NCBI GenBank assembly: GCA_965222605.1
Contig: OZ244960.1
Coordinates: forward strand, 1,888,001 to 1,952,000
Direction: 5' to 3'
Origin: Candidatus Latescibacterota bacterium
GTDB lineage: Bacteria; Latescibacterota; UBA2968
DNA: 64,000 nucleotides
The position numbers were made by a program, and so were the translations under genes. Numbering within the stretch: the stretch's first letter is position 1; each line of letters opens with the position of its first letter. Shown one piece after another: positions 1 through 9,754 of the stretch. Below the pieces are notes generated by a model. It ran no database searches and was not told the DNA's origin. It was given only the letters and a program-made list of their open reading frames with translations.

Positions 1-687
1 GGCAACTTGCGAAGGCCGCTCGGCAATGATATACACCGATACATCGTCCAAATTAGACAGTGTATCGGGCAAATTCGTCCATCCATTATACGCGCGATCC
101 GTTACAAAATACAACTCGCGGTTGGGCATCTGTGATCTGGACAAATGCGACAAAGCCAATTGCAATCCCGCCTCAAAATCTGTACTGCCAAATCCGGGTT
201 GCAGCGCATCCATAAGCAACCGCAACCGCTCTGGCGAAACCACATCGACCTCCTCGACACCTTTATCGATCAGTGCCAGACGCACATCGTCGCGCTCATC
301 AAACAGGGACAACAGAGCCTGCACCCTGCGAAGCGCCCGCTCAAACAACGTACCTTCTGCTGTGCGATATTGCATACTCAACGAACGATCGAGCAAAATA
401 AACGCCGACGTACCCGCATCGCCCACCTGCCCACTACCCCCGCTCAAAGTCGGACGCGCAAAAGCCAGCACCAACAAAATAATGAGCAGGGTTCGCAAAA
501 TGAGCAACGCGAGATGCTTTAACTTTAGCCGCCGCATGCGGTCGTGCTGGAGTTTTTGCAAAAGTGCCACATTTGAAAACGACACCGTTACCGTACGACG
601 CCGATTCAGCAAATGAATCACAAGCGGCAACAGTGCCGCCCACAAACCGTGCAACAACATTGGATTTGTAAATGAAAGACCGAACAT
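1..687 (-). CDS. BatA-domain / VWA-domain membrane protein (runs off window start)
   Basis: Manual minus-strand translation from ATG at 687: MFGLSFTNPMLLHGLWAALLPLVIHLLNRRR...LLILRTLLIILLVLAFARP, the typical BatA N-terminal double-TM signature. Not in the ORF track because it is truncated. Confidence 0.8.
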   Translation of the reverse strand, partial: MFGLSFTNPMLLHGLWAALLPLVIHLLNRRRTVTVSFSNVALLQKLQHDRMRRLKLKHLALLILRTLLIILLVLAFARPTLSGGSGQVGDAGTSAFILLDRSLSMQYRTAEGTLFERALRRVQALLSLFDERDDVRLALIDKGVEEVDVVSPERLRLLMDALQPGFGSTDFEAGLQLALSHLSRSQMPNRELYFVTDRAYNGWTNLPDTLSNLDDVSVYIIAERPSQVA

Positions 688-705
688 AAAAAAAAACGCT
701 CAAAC

Positions 706-733
706 AAAAAAACCTGCTTCGCAGAAAAGCAGG
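706..733 (-). terminator. Possible intrinsic terminator after PTS IIA gene
   Basis: CCTGCTT/AAGCAGG stem followed by T7 on minus strand. Confidence 0.45.
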
Positions 734-759
734 CATTGGGTTAAAACTTATGGAATTTA

Positions 760-1221
760 TTAGTATTTCTTATCTTCTGTTTCAATAATCGCCAGAGCCT
801 CCTCGCTATTGCGAATGCCAATCAAACGCTGTCTAAAATCTTCTCCTTTAAGCACCCTTGAGATACGCGCTAAGGCTTTAATATGTGGTCCCGATACATC
901 TAGAGGCGAGACCAAAAGAAAAAAAATATAGGTCTTTTTACCATCTAAAGCATTAAAATTGATACCTTCTGACTTGATGCCCAGCACACCACCCAGCGTC
1001 GTGGCATATTCCGACTTCCCATGGGGAATGGCAATACCGTGCCCGATACCCGTACTCATAATATCTTCGCGATACAAAACCGCCTGGAGCACCTTATCTC
1101 GGTCAGTAATTTTATCGCCTACTTCGAGTTCATTAACAAGCTCTTCGAGAATTTCCCGCTTGTTTTGCCCCTTAAGCCCGATAATGACCGATTTACCCGA
1201 CAGAATCTCCATCAACGTCAT
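760..1221 (-). CDS. PTS IIA-like component (fructose/nitrogen-regulatory family)
   Basis: REDIMSTGIGHGIAIPHGK phospho-His motif; HIKALARISR. Confidence 0.9.
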   Translation of the reverse strand: MTLMEILSGKSVIIGLKGQNKREILEELVNELEVGDKITDRDKVLQAVLYREDIMSTGIGHGIAIPHGKSEYATTLGGVLGIKSEGINFNALDGKKTYIFFLLVSPLDVSGPHIKALARISRVLKGEDFRQRLIGIRNSEEALAIIETEDKKY

Positions 1222-1467
1222 AAATGCCCTTTCATTCGAGTGAGAGCATAGACATCTCTGCCTGCGCGCCTATCCGCACGCATCGCTTTCAGACGGAAAA
1301 TAAAACGCCCCTTCAACTAAGTCAAGAAAATTAGAGATATTTATACCTGTGCAGCCTCATAAGTCGCAAAAGTCATTGAGAAATTCGGCAAAAGTGTTTA
1401 ACGTTTAAAAGAAACCGAAAATCCGAACAGGCGTGTAAAAACTACCGCGACACTTAAAGGACTATCC

Positions 1468-3771
1468 ATGCACAAAGTCTTCTACTCAACCATTTATCTG
1501 CTTCTCATCAGTTTTGCAAGCACGGGATTCGCGCAAAACCGCGACCTCCACGACGTCATCAACCGGTTGAAAGCCGATCTGGCTACCGCGTCTGATTCAT
1601 CGGCGAGCTATGCGCGCATGGGCCTGCTCTATTTGCGCCTTGAAGAAGCCGACAGCGCCGAAGCAGCCTTTCAAAACGCGCTCGTCTTGCGCCCCAACCT
1701 CGCAATTGCCCACACGGGCCTGGGTCGCGTTTACCAAAACCTGCGCAACAAACCCGACCGCGCGCTGTCACACTATGAAAAAGCGGTCGCCATCGACACC
1801 ACAGATGCCGACGCCCACGACCGCCTCATCAAAACCCTGCTCGCACTTGAAGATACGGGAAGCCGCGCGCGAAAAGCAGCCTCGCAAACCATTGCGCGAT
1901 TTCCCGACCTGCCCTCTCCTTATCTCCTGCTCGCTCGCGCACATCGCAAAGAAGGCAGCGCGCATCAGGTCGCACTTTACTACTACAAAAAATACCTCGA
2001 GCGCAACCCCGAAGATCACGAAACCGCATACCAATTTGCCTACGCGCTATACGAAGCCAAAGAATACCGCGACCTCGAAGACATCACATCTCGCATGCGA
2101 GACCCCCGCGCCCTTCCATTGCTCGCCCAGGCCCTCATTCAAAGACGCGACCACGAAGGCGCACTGGCGGCATTTCAACGCTATCTTAAAACCCTGCCCA
2201 AAGAGGAACAGCCCCTCTTTGACGACATCTCTTATATCGGCTCAAAAGCCGAAGCCCGCGCTTACCGCCTCGCGTCGGCTTCAGACGACAAGACACAACG
2301 CGAGCGTTTTCTCACACGCTTCTGGTTGCAAAAAGATCCCTTTAAAACCTCGGGAGGCGCACTGCGCCGAGCCGAACACTATCGCAGGGTATGGCATGCG
2401 CGAACCCACTTTGGCAAAAAGTGGCCCTGGGATCGCCGAGGAGAAATCTACATCCGATATGGAGAACCCGACTACATCTCGACCTCTCGAAAACTCAATG
2501 CCATTGTCCCACTCGATGTACAGCGCATTCAAGAACAAAGAGCGTATGCAATTTACGGCGATGCGGGCATTGAGGCCAACTTCGTCGGTCCCGTCTATCC
2601 GATTCGCACCATGGAGCAAGGCGGCACAGGTCGTGTGGGCAATATAGGTTTTACCGACTACCGCCCCGTCACAACGACCAGTGGCTGGACCTCTGTACCC
2701 TGGGAAGTATGGCTATACAAAAACCTCGGACAAGGCGCAGAATTTACATTTACCGATGAATTTTTGGGCGGAAACTACGACTTTGCCCCCGTCCCATCGC
2801 TGACCGAAGAAGATCTCGCCAATGCCGAATCCTCCGGGCGTTCGTACATGAGCGTGATTCAACGCCTCAACGAATTTAACCCTGCCACCCTCGCCCAATC
2901 GCTCGCGGCAATAGAACCCGAATTGTACAGCATAGAAGCTCTCGAACCCCTCGACTTTTACTTCGACACCCTCACCTTTCGGGGACCGGAAAACAAAACC
3001 GAATTACAGGTCATATTTGGCCTGCCTTTAGACAATGTAGCCCTGCCTACGGACCCGGACACCACTGTGGTCATTGAGCGCCGCACCGCGCTTATCTATC
3101 CCCGCGCACTCGATTTTCAGAGCACCAAAAGCGCATTGGCTATCGACATCACAGACGACCATCGCGGTCGCGGTTTGCAAGCCCTGAGTGGCGTGCGCCA
3201 CATCGCCGAACCCGGCGAATATGAATTATCCGTCGAAGCATGGCGTCAAAATACCAACCGCATTGGCGCCTATCGCCAGCCCGGTCTTCACCTGCCGGCC
3301 TATCACGACAAAAGCCATCTGATGATGAGCGACATTCAGGTCGCCTCCCGCATCGTCGAAGCAGATCGCGCACCCGACACATCCTTTGTGCGCGGCGACC
3401 TCTACATTCAGCCACAACCCTCGGCAACCTTTGTCCCCGGCATGTCCATGTACGTTTACTTTGAAATCTACAACCTCAAACGCGACGAATTTGGACAGAC
3501 GCGCTACACCATCTCCTACGAAGTACAAAAACGCCAGGAAACCGGTTTCGCGCTCGTTTCCCTCCTCGCCAAATTGGGCACAAAAAATACTGAGGCCGTT
3601 GGCCTCAGCTTTGATCAAGTCGGTACGAACCCCGACGAAAACACCTATCTCGAAATGCCCCTCACCAACCTCGCGCCCGGACGCTACACCCTCAAACTCA
3701 CAGTCACAGACAAAAACACCGACCAGAGTACAAAAAAAGATGCTGTCTTTTTTATTCCTGGCACCCGGTAA
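1468..3771 (+). CDS. Exported TPR + GWxTD-domain protein
   Basis: Signal peptide, several TPR-like repeats, FW..KDP...EHYRRVWHA...WDRRGEIYIRYGEPD motif, C-terminal beta-sandwich ending PGRYTLKLTVTD. Confidence 0.8.
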   Translation: MHKVFYSTIYLLLISFASTGFAQNRDLHDVINRLKADLATASDSSASYARMGLLYLRLEEADSAEAAFQNALVLRPNLAIAHTGLGRVYQNLRNKPDRALSHYEKAVAIDTTDADAHDRLIKTLLALEDTGSRARKAASQTIARFPDLPSPYLLLARAHRKEGSAHQVALYYYKKYLERNPEDHETAYQFAYALYEAKEYRDLEDITSRMRDPRALPLLAQALIQRRDHEGALAAFQRYLKTLPKEEQPLFDDISYIGSKAEARAYRLASASDDKTQRERFLTRFWLQKDPFKTSGGALRRAEHYRRVWHARTHFGKKWPWDRRGEIYIRYGEPDYISTSRKLNAIVPLDVQRIQEQRAYAIYGDAGIEANFVGPVYPIRTMEQGGTGRVGNIGFTDYRPVTTTSGWTSVPWEVWLYKNLGQGAEFTFTDEFLGGNYDFAPVPSLTEEDLANAESSGRSYMSVIQRLNEFNPATLAQSLAAIEPELYSIEALEPLDFYFDTLTFRGPENKTELQVIFGLPLDNVALPTDPDTTVVIERRTALIYPRALDFQSTKSALAIDITDDHRGRGLQALSGVRHIAEPGEYELSVEAWRQNTNRIGAYRQPGLHLPAYHDKSHLMMSDIQVASRIVEADRAPDTSFVRGDLYIQPQPSATFVPGMSMYVYFEIYNLKRDEFGQTRYTISYEVQKRQETGFALVSLLAKLGTKNTEAVGLSFDQVGTNPDENTYLEMPLTNLAPGRYTLKLTVTDKNTDQSTKKDAVFFIPGTR

Positions 3772-3774
3772 TTT

Positions 3775-4305
3775 TCACCCCGTTCTAATCACATAAGTCT
3801 CTGCCACGCGGTCGTGGATCCCCTGTCCATCGGGGTGGCGACGTGCCAGATAGATCAGCACCAGCCAGCCCACCGTGCCGATCACCATTGCAATTGATGA
3901 AGCCAGAACCGATTGTGCATCAACTTCAACGGCATCCATCACTTCTCCATCCACAGGACCCTGGTACAATTCCTCTGGCGTCAACAGTGCCATCACAATA
4001 AACAGCATAAAAACCGGCGACCACTTCACCACCGCACGCCGAAACGTCTGCACATAATCCAACCCACCACCATGGGCATCAATCACGCGCAACCCCAATA
4101 ACATTTTGCCCGGCGTCTGGCCCGTAATCCCCAAAAATACTGCGGAATACACCACAATAAGAATAAAATCCACCATCCAAACGCCCGCAGGCGATAGCAG
4201 CATATTGCGCAGGACCACCGTCAACGCAAGGTGCAAAATCACAAAATCCAGCACCGTTGCCAACAGACGCCGTCCCATACCGGCGATTTCGCTTTGCATC
4301 AACAT
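3775..4305 (-). CDS. RDD family membrane protein
   Basis: RRLLATVLD, GQTPGKMLLGLRV, QGIHDRVAETYV motifs. Confidence 0.9.
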   Translation of the reverse strand: MLMQSEIAGMGRRLLATVLDFVILHLALTVVLRNMLLSPAGVWMVDFILIVVYSAVFLGITGQTPGKMLLGLRVIDAHGGGLDYVQTFRRAVVKWSPVFMLFIVMALLTPEELYQGPVDGEVMDAVEVDAQSVLASSIAMVIGTVGWLVLIYLARRHPDGQGIHDRVAETYVIRTG

Positions 4306-4322
4306 ATCTTCACCTTATCTCT

Positions 4323-5102
4323 CTACTCGCTTCTCGCAATCAACGCTTTTGTCGTTGCGACAACAATCCGCCGGGGTAATAAACGCACGGTAAAAGCCAG
4401 CATCTTATTAATCAACCCGTGAATAGCGACCCGCTTTCCCTTTTGCATAGCTCTATACCCATATTTTGCCACATCGGCACCCGTGGGCAATCCGCGCATA
4501 TCAAACAAGCGCGAACCCGTTGCACCCGCAGCGCGTTGAAACCCCGTCTCCGTTGCCCCTGGACACAGCGCAGTCACGCTCACGCCCGTGCCTTTTAGCT
4601 CATTGGCAATCGCATCTGAAAACGACAACACATACGCTTTGGTCGCAAAATACACAGCCATCCTCGGACCGGGTTGAAACGCCGCAGTCGAAGCCACATT
4701 CAAAATTTTTCCCCGACCTCTATCAATCAAATCTGGCAAAAACAACTTGGTCAAATGCGTCAAAGCGACAATATTCACCTGCAACATATCCGCTTCGGCC
4801 ATCCAATCTGTTTCCGCATAAAAACCATAGACCCCAAACCCGGCATTATTCACCAGATAATCCACATCCCATCCCATTTCCACGACCCGATCATAAACCT
4901 TTTTTGCCTCGCCCGGCACCGACAAATCGGCTGTGATCACCTCGGCCTTCACACCATATTTCTCCCGCACTTCTCTTGCCAGCGCGTGCAACTTATCCTC
5001 TGACCGCGCCGACAAAATCACATCAACCCCATTAGCTGCAAACACCCGCGCCAATTCCAAACCAATACCACTTGACGCGCCCGTAATCAGTGCTATAGCC
5101 AT
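4323..5102 (-). CDS. Short-chain dehydrogenase/reductase
   Basis: TGASSGIG, NNAG, YFATK; start moved to ATG 5102 downstream of a GGAGG RBS. Confidence 0.9.
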   Translation of the reverse strand: MAIALITGASSGIGLELARVFAANGVDVILSARSEDKLHALAREVREKYGVKAEVITADLSVPGEAKKVYDRVVEMGWDVDYLVNNAGFGVYGFYAETDWMAEADMLQVNIVALTHLTKLFLPDLIDRGRGKILNVASTAAFQPGPRMAVYFATKAYVLSFSDAIANELKGTGVSVTALCPGATETGFQRAAGATGSRLFDMRGLPTGADVAKYGYRAMQKGKRVAIHGLINKMLAFTVRLLPRRIVVATTKALIARSE

Positions 5103-5276
5103 AAGACCCGCCTCCTTTTGTCCCTCAATATGCAAAAAAAAATGCGCAATGGCGAACATCTTATCATCCCTATCGCGAACCATAATCTGCTTTACAGGTA
5201 ATCCAATTATAACTATTCTTATTTCTTTCCTTCACCAGATGGGCAGCATATCTGCCCCACAATCACCGAGGCAACT

Positions 5277-6305
5277 ATGAAACTACTGCAATTCGCACAA
5301 CCCGAACAAGGATCTCGCCTGGGGCTTGTCAAAGGAGACGATATCTTCGATCTCACGGCCTGCGCTCCACATCCAGTTTCGCTTCACGACCTTTACTACC
5401 GCCGCGGAGGCAACAAAAATGGCATTGCATCCACAGTAGAGTCAATAAATACCCGCAATGCGCCCCGCCTCTCACTCCGCGACCTCTTAAACAACACGGA
5501 CGACCCCGATCAACCGCACCTGATCAGCCCGATAACAGCACCGGCAGATGCACCGCACAAATTGCGTATCTGGCTGGCTGGGGTCACCCACGAAGACAGC
5601 GCGAAATTGCGCGAAATCGAAGCCAAACAGGCCACGGGTGATGCCGTCAACGTCTATGATCAAAAATATCGGGAATGTGCACAGGGCGGCATACCCGAAC
5701 TCTTTGCCAAAAACGACACCGCTGCCCTCGTCGGACACGGCGGCTCTATATCCCATCCAAACAACACCCAACGCCTCGTACCCGAAACAGAACTCGTAAC
5801 CATCTATGGCCTCAATGGCACAGGTCAAATTGAACGCCTGGGCTACACCGGCGGCAACGATTACACCGACAACGGCATCGAAGCCGAAAACCCACTCAAC
5901 TTACCCCAGGCCAAAAACTGGTCCCACGGCTGCGCCAGCCTCGGCCCGCTGATGGTCACCGACTCGGCTTATGACGACAATGGCGTGGCTGTCTCTTGCG
6001 AAGTGATTCGCAACAATACGCGCATTGCCTACAAAGAAGGACATACCGGACAAAACCATCTCAACATGCCCGACGGACTCTTTCACCTCGAGCGATCGCT
6101 CTTTTCCCGCTTACCCCTTGAACCCGACACCCTCCAAATCCTCTACTGGGGCACACCCATTGTTTTTTCCGACGACGACCTCGAAAGCGGCTTGCGCGAA
6201 GGCGACCGCGTGTGCATGACGTTTGAAGGCATTGGACCTCTCGAAAATCCCATCGTCGCTTTTCCACAAACAGATCAACTGCAATGGCTGGATAATCACA
6301 GATAA
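5277..6305 (+). CDS. Fumarylacetoacetate hydrolase family protein (possible sugar-acid dehydratase)
   Basis: IWLAGVT, PELFAK, VPETEL, GND...EAENPLNLPQAK, LGP motifs. Confidence 0.75.
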   Translation: MKLLQFAQPEQGSRLGLVKGDDIFDLTACAPHPVSLHDLYYRRGGNKNGIASTVESINTRNAPRLSLRDLLNNTDDPDQPHLISPITAPADAPHKLRIWLAGVTHEDSAKLREIEAKQATGDAVNVYDQKYRECAQGGIPELFAKNDTAALVGHGGSISHPNNTQRLVPETELVTIYGLNGTGQIERLGYTGGNDYTDNGIEAENPLNLPQAKNWSHGCASLGPLMVTDSAYDDNGVAVSCEVIRNNTRIAYKEGHTGQNHLNMPDGLFHLERSLFSRLPLEPDTLQILYWGTPIVFSDDDLESGLREGDRVCMTFEGIGPLENPIVAFPQTDQLQWLDNHR

Positions 6306-6318
6306 AAAAGGAGGCACC

Positions 6319-6702
6319 ATGCACCGCACACTTCTCATCGCACTCGTTCTCACACTCGGTTCCCTCATCGTCACCGCATCTTTCGCCCAAATTCCCGACA
6401 CCTACACCAACTTAAAAGTGCTGCCCAAAGACATCAAAAAAGCGCAACTCCTGCAACACATGAAAGAATTTAGCAAATCCCTGGGCGTGCGCTGTCACTT
6501 TTGCCACAAAGGAGAAGAAGGCCAATCCCTATCCACTTACGACTTCGCATCAGACGAAAACCCCCGCAAAGACATCGCACGCCTCATGATCACCATGACA
6601 AAAAAAATCAATGGCGAAATCCTCAAAGACTTCAAAGAAGGACAATTCACCCAGGTCACCTGCCAGACCTGCCATCGGGGACAACAAGTACCGGACGCCT
6701 GA
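6319..6702 (+). CDS. Exported di-heme c-type cytochrome
   Basis: GGAGG RBS, signal peptide, NLKVLP, two CxxCH (CHFCH, CQTCH). Confidence 0.85.
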   Translation: MHRTLLIALVLTLGSLIVTASFAQIPDTYTNLKVLPKDIKKAQLLQHMKEFSKSLGVRCHFCHKGEEGQSLSTYDFASDENPRKDIARLMITMTKKINGEILKDFKEGQFTQVTCQTCHRGQQVPDA

Positions 6703-6902
6703 CACTTGTCCAGCGGAATATGTACGGGCAAGCCTCCTCTCTTAGCAGCCCATTCCTGAGATCCATTATAATCTTATTCTACATTTTTTCCATACTTTAC
6801 CAACCGGTCAACTAAATATACTATTTTAAAAATTAACAATATCTTATACAAATTCATCCCCTTAAAAATTGCCTTTCTCTCCCGCAGAAATATCCTGTAC
6901 AT

Positions 6903-6931
6903 TTGACAAAATTCACTATCCCTCGTAAATT
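6903..6931 (+). promoter_or_regulatory. Sigma70-type promoter of the PDH operon
   Basis: TTGACA-N17-TAAATT about 80 bp upstream of aceE. Confidence 0.55.
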
Positions 6932-7012
6932 TCAAGCTCAGAATAGACATTTGGATACGCGCGTATATTATTAAATACCTGTCATTGCACTCCAGAACAA
7001 AGGGGTTTTACC

Positions 7013-9718
7013 ATGGCCGATTCTGTCGCACCAGGTACATTTCGCGATACCGATCCCATCGAAACCGAAGAATGGATCGAATCCCTGGCTTATGTCCTGC
7101 AACGCGGTGGGCCAGAGCGCGTGCGCTATTTGCTCGACCGCCTCGAACAAGAAGCCCAGGAAAGTCTGAGCGTTGACATTCCCTTCGCATCCCATACACC
7201 TTATGTCAACACCATCCCGCGCGACAAGCAACTGCCCTATCCGGGTGACCGAGAAATTGAGCGCCGCATCAAAAGTCTCGTGCGCTGGAATGCCATGGCT
7301 ATGGTTACCCGCGCCAACAAAGAAGCCGATGGCATTGGCGGTCACATCTCCACCTTTGCATCGGCTGCCACGCTATATGAAGTGGGTCAAAATCACTTCT
7401 TCAAAGCACCCAATGGCGATTTCTCCGGAGATCAGGTCTTCTTTCAAGGCCATGCTTCACCCGGCATGTATGCCCGCGCCTTTCTCGAAGGCCGTTTGAG
7501 CACCGAATACCTCGAAAACTTCCGCCGAGAACTCCGCAATCCCGGCGGCCTGTCTTCCTATCCACACCCTTATCTCATGCCCGACTTCTGGCAATTTCCC
7601 ACCGTCTCAATGGGACTTGGCCCACTCATGGGCATCTACCAGGCCCGCTACAACCGCTACCTCGAAGACCGCGGCCTCAAATCGACTCGCGATTCCAAAG
7701 TCTGGGTCTTCGTTGGCGACGGCGAAACAGACGAACCCGAAACCCTCGGCGCCATTAGTCTGGCAACCCGCGAACAACTCGACAACCTCATCTTTGTGAT
7801 CAATTGCAACCTGCAACGCCTCGACGGTCCCGTGCGCGGCAATAGCAAAATCATTCAAGAACTCGAACAAGTCTTTCGAGGCGCTGGCTGGAATGTCATC
7901 AAAGTTATATGGGGTGACGATTGGGACGCACTTCTCGATAAAGACACCCAGGGCCTGCTTCAGGAACGCATGGAAGAAGTCGTCGATGGTCAATACCAGA
8001 AATACACCGTCGAATCCGGCGAATACATCCGCCGCGACTTTTTTGGCACCCATCCCGACCTGCTCAAAATGGTCGAACACCTCTCGGACGAACAACTCCA
8101 AAAATTGCGTCGCGGGGGTCACGATCCCGAAAAAGTGTACGCCGCATTTAAAGCCGCTGTGGAACACAAGGGCGCACCAACTGTTATCCTGGCCAAGACC
8201 ATTAAGGGCTATGGCCTGGGCGAAGCCGGCGAAGGCCGCAACATGACCCACCAGCAAAAAAAGCTCGAAGAAGACGAGATGCGCGAATTTAAGCGGCGCT
8301 TTGACATCCCCATCTCCGATAGCGAAGTGGGCAAAGCACCCTTTTATCGTCCCCCCGACGACAGCCCCGAAATGCAGTATTTGCTACAACGCCGACGCGA
8401 CCTCGGCGGCTATTTGCCCAGCCGAAGCGTTCGGGCCAAACCTATCCAAGCACCCTCACGCGACGTATTTGACGAAGCCTTCAAAGGTACAGGTGACCGC
8501 CAGGCCTCTACAACAATGGCTTTTGCACGCCTGTTTGCCAAACTCGCCCGAGACAAAGACATCGGCAAACTACTCGTCCCCATCATCCCGGACGAAGCCC
8601 GCACCTTTGGTATGGATTCCCTCTTTCGGCAACTCGGCATCTACTCGCACATGGGGCAAATATACGAACCCGTTGACGCGGGCAACATCAGCTACTATCG
8701 AGAAGCGCAAGACGGCCAAATCCTCGAAGAAGGCATCAACGAAGCCGGTGCCATGTCCTCATTCATCTGCGCTGGCACAGCTTATGCCACGCACGGCGTC
8801 AACACCATCCCATTCTACATCTATTATTCCATGTTCGGTTTCCAGCGCGTGGGCGACCTCATGTGGTTGGCCGGCGATATTCGCTGCAAGGGCTTTCTAT
8901 TGGGCGGTACAGCCGGGCGCACCACACTCAACGGCGAAGGTCTCCAACACGAAGATGGGCACAGCCACATTCTGGCCTCATCCGTTCCCAATTGTATCGC
9001 CTACGATCCGGCTTATGCTTACGAAATTGCCATCATCATCCAGGACGGCATTCGACGCATGTACCAGGAACAAGAAGATGTTTATTATTACATAACCCTG
9101 GGCAATGAAAACTACGAACATCCCCCCATGCCCAAAGGCGTTGAAGAAGGCATTGTCAAAGGCATTTATCCGCTCAAGACGCACGAAATGCAACAGGGCC
9201 AGCACAAAGTTCAGCTCTTTGGCAGTGCATCCATCCTCCGCGAAACCCTGCGTGCGCAAGAAATTCTCGCCGCCGAATACAATATTTCCGCCGACGTGTG
9301 GAGCGCCACCTCATACAAGGAATTGCGACGAGACGCGCTTGAAGCTGAGCGGTGGAACATGCTACACCCAACGCGGCGGCGAAAAAAGCCGTATATCGTC
9401 AAAGTGCTCGAAAAAACCGATGGCCCAATAGTCGCCGCATCCGATTACATGAAATCCCTGCCCGAAATGATCCGCCCCTGGGTACCCGAAGATATGACCG
9501 TACTCGGCACAGATGGATTTGGGCGCAGCGACACGCGCCAGGCTCTGCGCCGGCATTTTGAAGTTGACGCCGAGTGCATTGCTGTGGCCGCGCTTTACGC
9601 CCTGGCCAAACAGGGCAAAATCAAACGCGAACAAGTCGCCACAGCCATCGACGAACTCGGCATTGATCCGGCGAAAGTCGATCCCGTATCGGCAGGCCCC
9701 ATCACGACGTATTATTAG
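7013..9718 (+). CDS. aceE: Pyruvate dehydrogenase E1, homodimeric type
   Basis: DPIETEEW, GGHISTFAS, QGHASPG, FPTVSMGLGP, GDGETDE TPP motif, LGTDGFGRSD. Confidence 0.97.
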   Translation: MADSVAPGTFRDTDPIETEEWIESLAYVLQRGGPERVRYLLDRLEQEAQESLSVDIPFASHTPYVNTIPRDKQLPYPGDREIERRIKSLVRWNAMAMVTRANKEADGIGGHISTFASAATLYEVGQNHFFKAPNGDFSGDQVFFQGHASPGMYARAFLEGRLSTEYLENFRRELRNPGGLSSYPHPYLMPDFWQFPTVSMGLGPLMGIYQARYNRYLEDRGLKSTRDSKVWVFVGDGETDEPETLGAISLATREQLDNLIFVINCNLQRLDGPVRGNSKIIQELEQVFRGAGWNVIKVIWGDDWDALLDKDTQGLLQERMEEVVDGQYQKYTVESGEYIRRDFFGTHPDLLKMVEHLSDEQLQKLRRGGHDPEKVYAAFKAAVEHKGAPTVILAKTIKGYGLGEAGEGRNMTHQQKKLEEDEMREFKRRFDIPISDSEVGKAPFYRPPDDSPEMQYLLQRRRDLGGYLPSRSVRAKPIQAPSRDVFDEAFKGTGDRQASTTMAFARLFAKLARDKDIGKLLVPIIPDEARTFGMDSLFRQLGIYSHMGQIYEPVDAGNISYYREAQDGQILEEGINEAGAMSSFICAGTAYATHGVNTIPFYIYYSMFGFQRVGDLMWLAGDIRCKGFLLGGTAGRTTLNGEGLQHEDGHSHILASSVPNCIAYDPAYAYEIAIIIQDGIRRMYQEQEDVYYYITLGNENYEHPPMPKGVEEGIVKGIYPLKTHEMQQGQHKVQLFGSASILRETLRAQEILAAEYNISADVWSATSYKELRRDALEAERWNMLHPTRRRKKPYIVKVLEKTDGPIVAASDYMKSLPEMIRPWVPEDMTVLGTDGFGRSDTRQALRRHFEVDAECIAVAALYALAKQGKIKREQVATAIDELGIDPAKVDPVSAGPITTYY

Positions 9719-9754
9719 TTTCTGGACATGCTTGTTCAATAGAGGTTCACACCA

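Noticed and set aside
26-736. Track ORFs 26..616(+), 145..522(+), 434..736(-)
   Set aside because: Shadow frames of the BatA/VWA gene on the minus strand.
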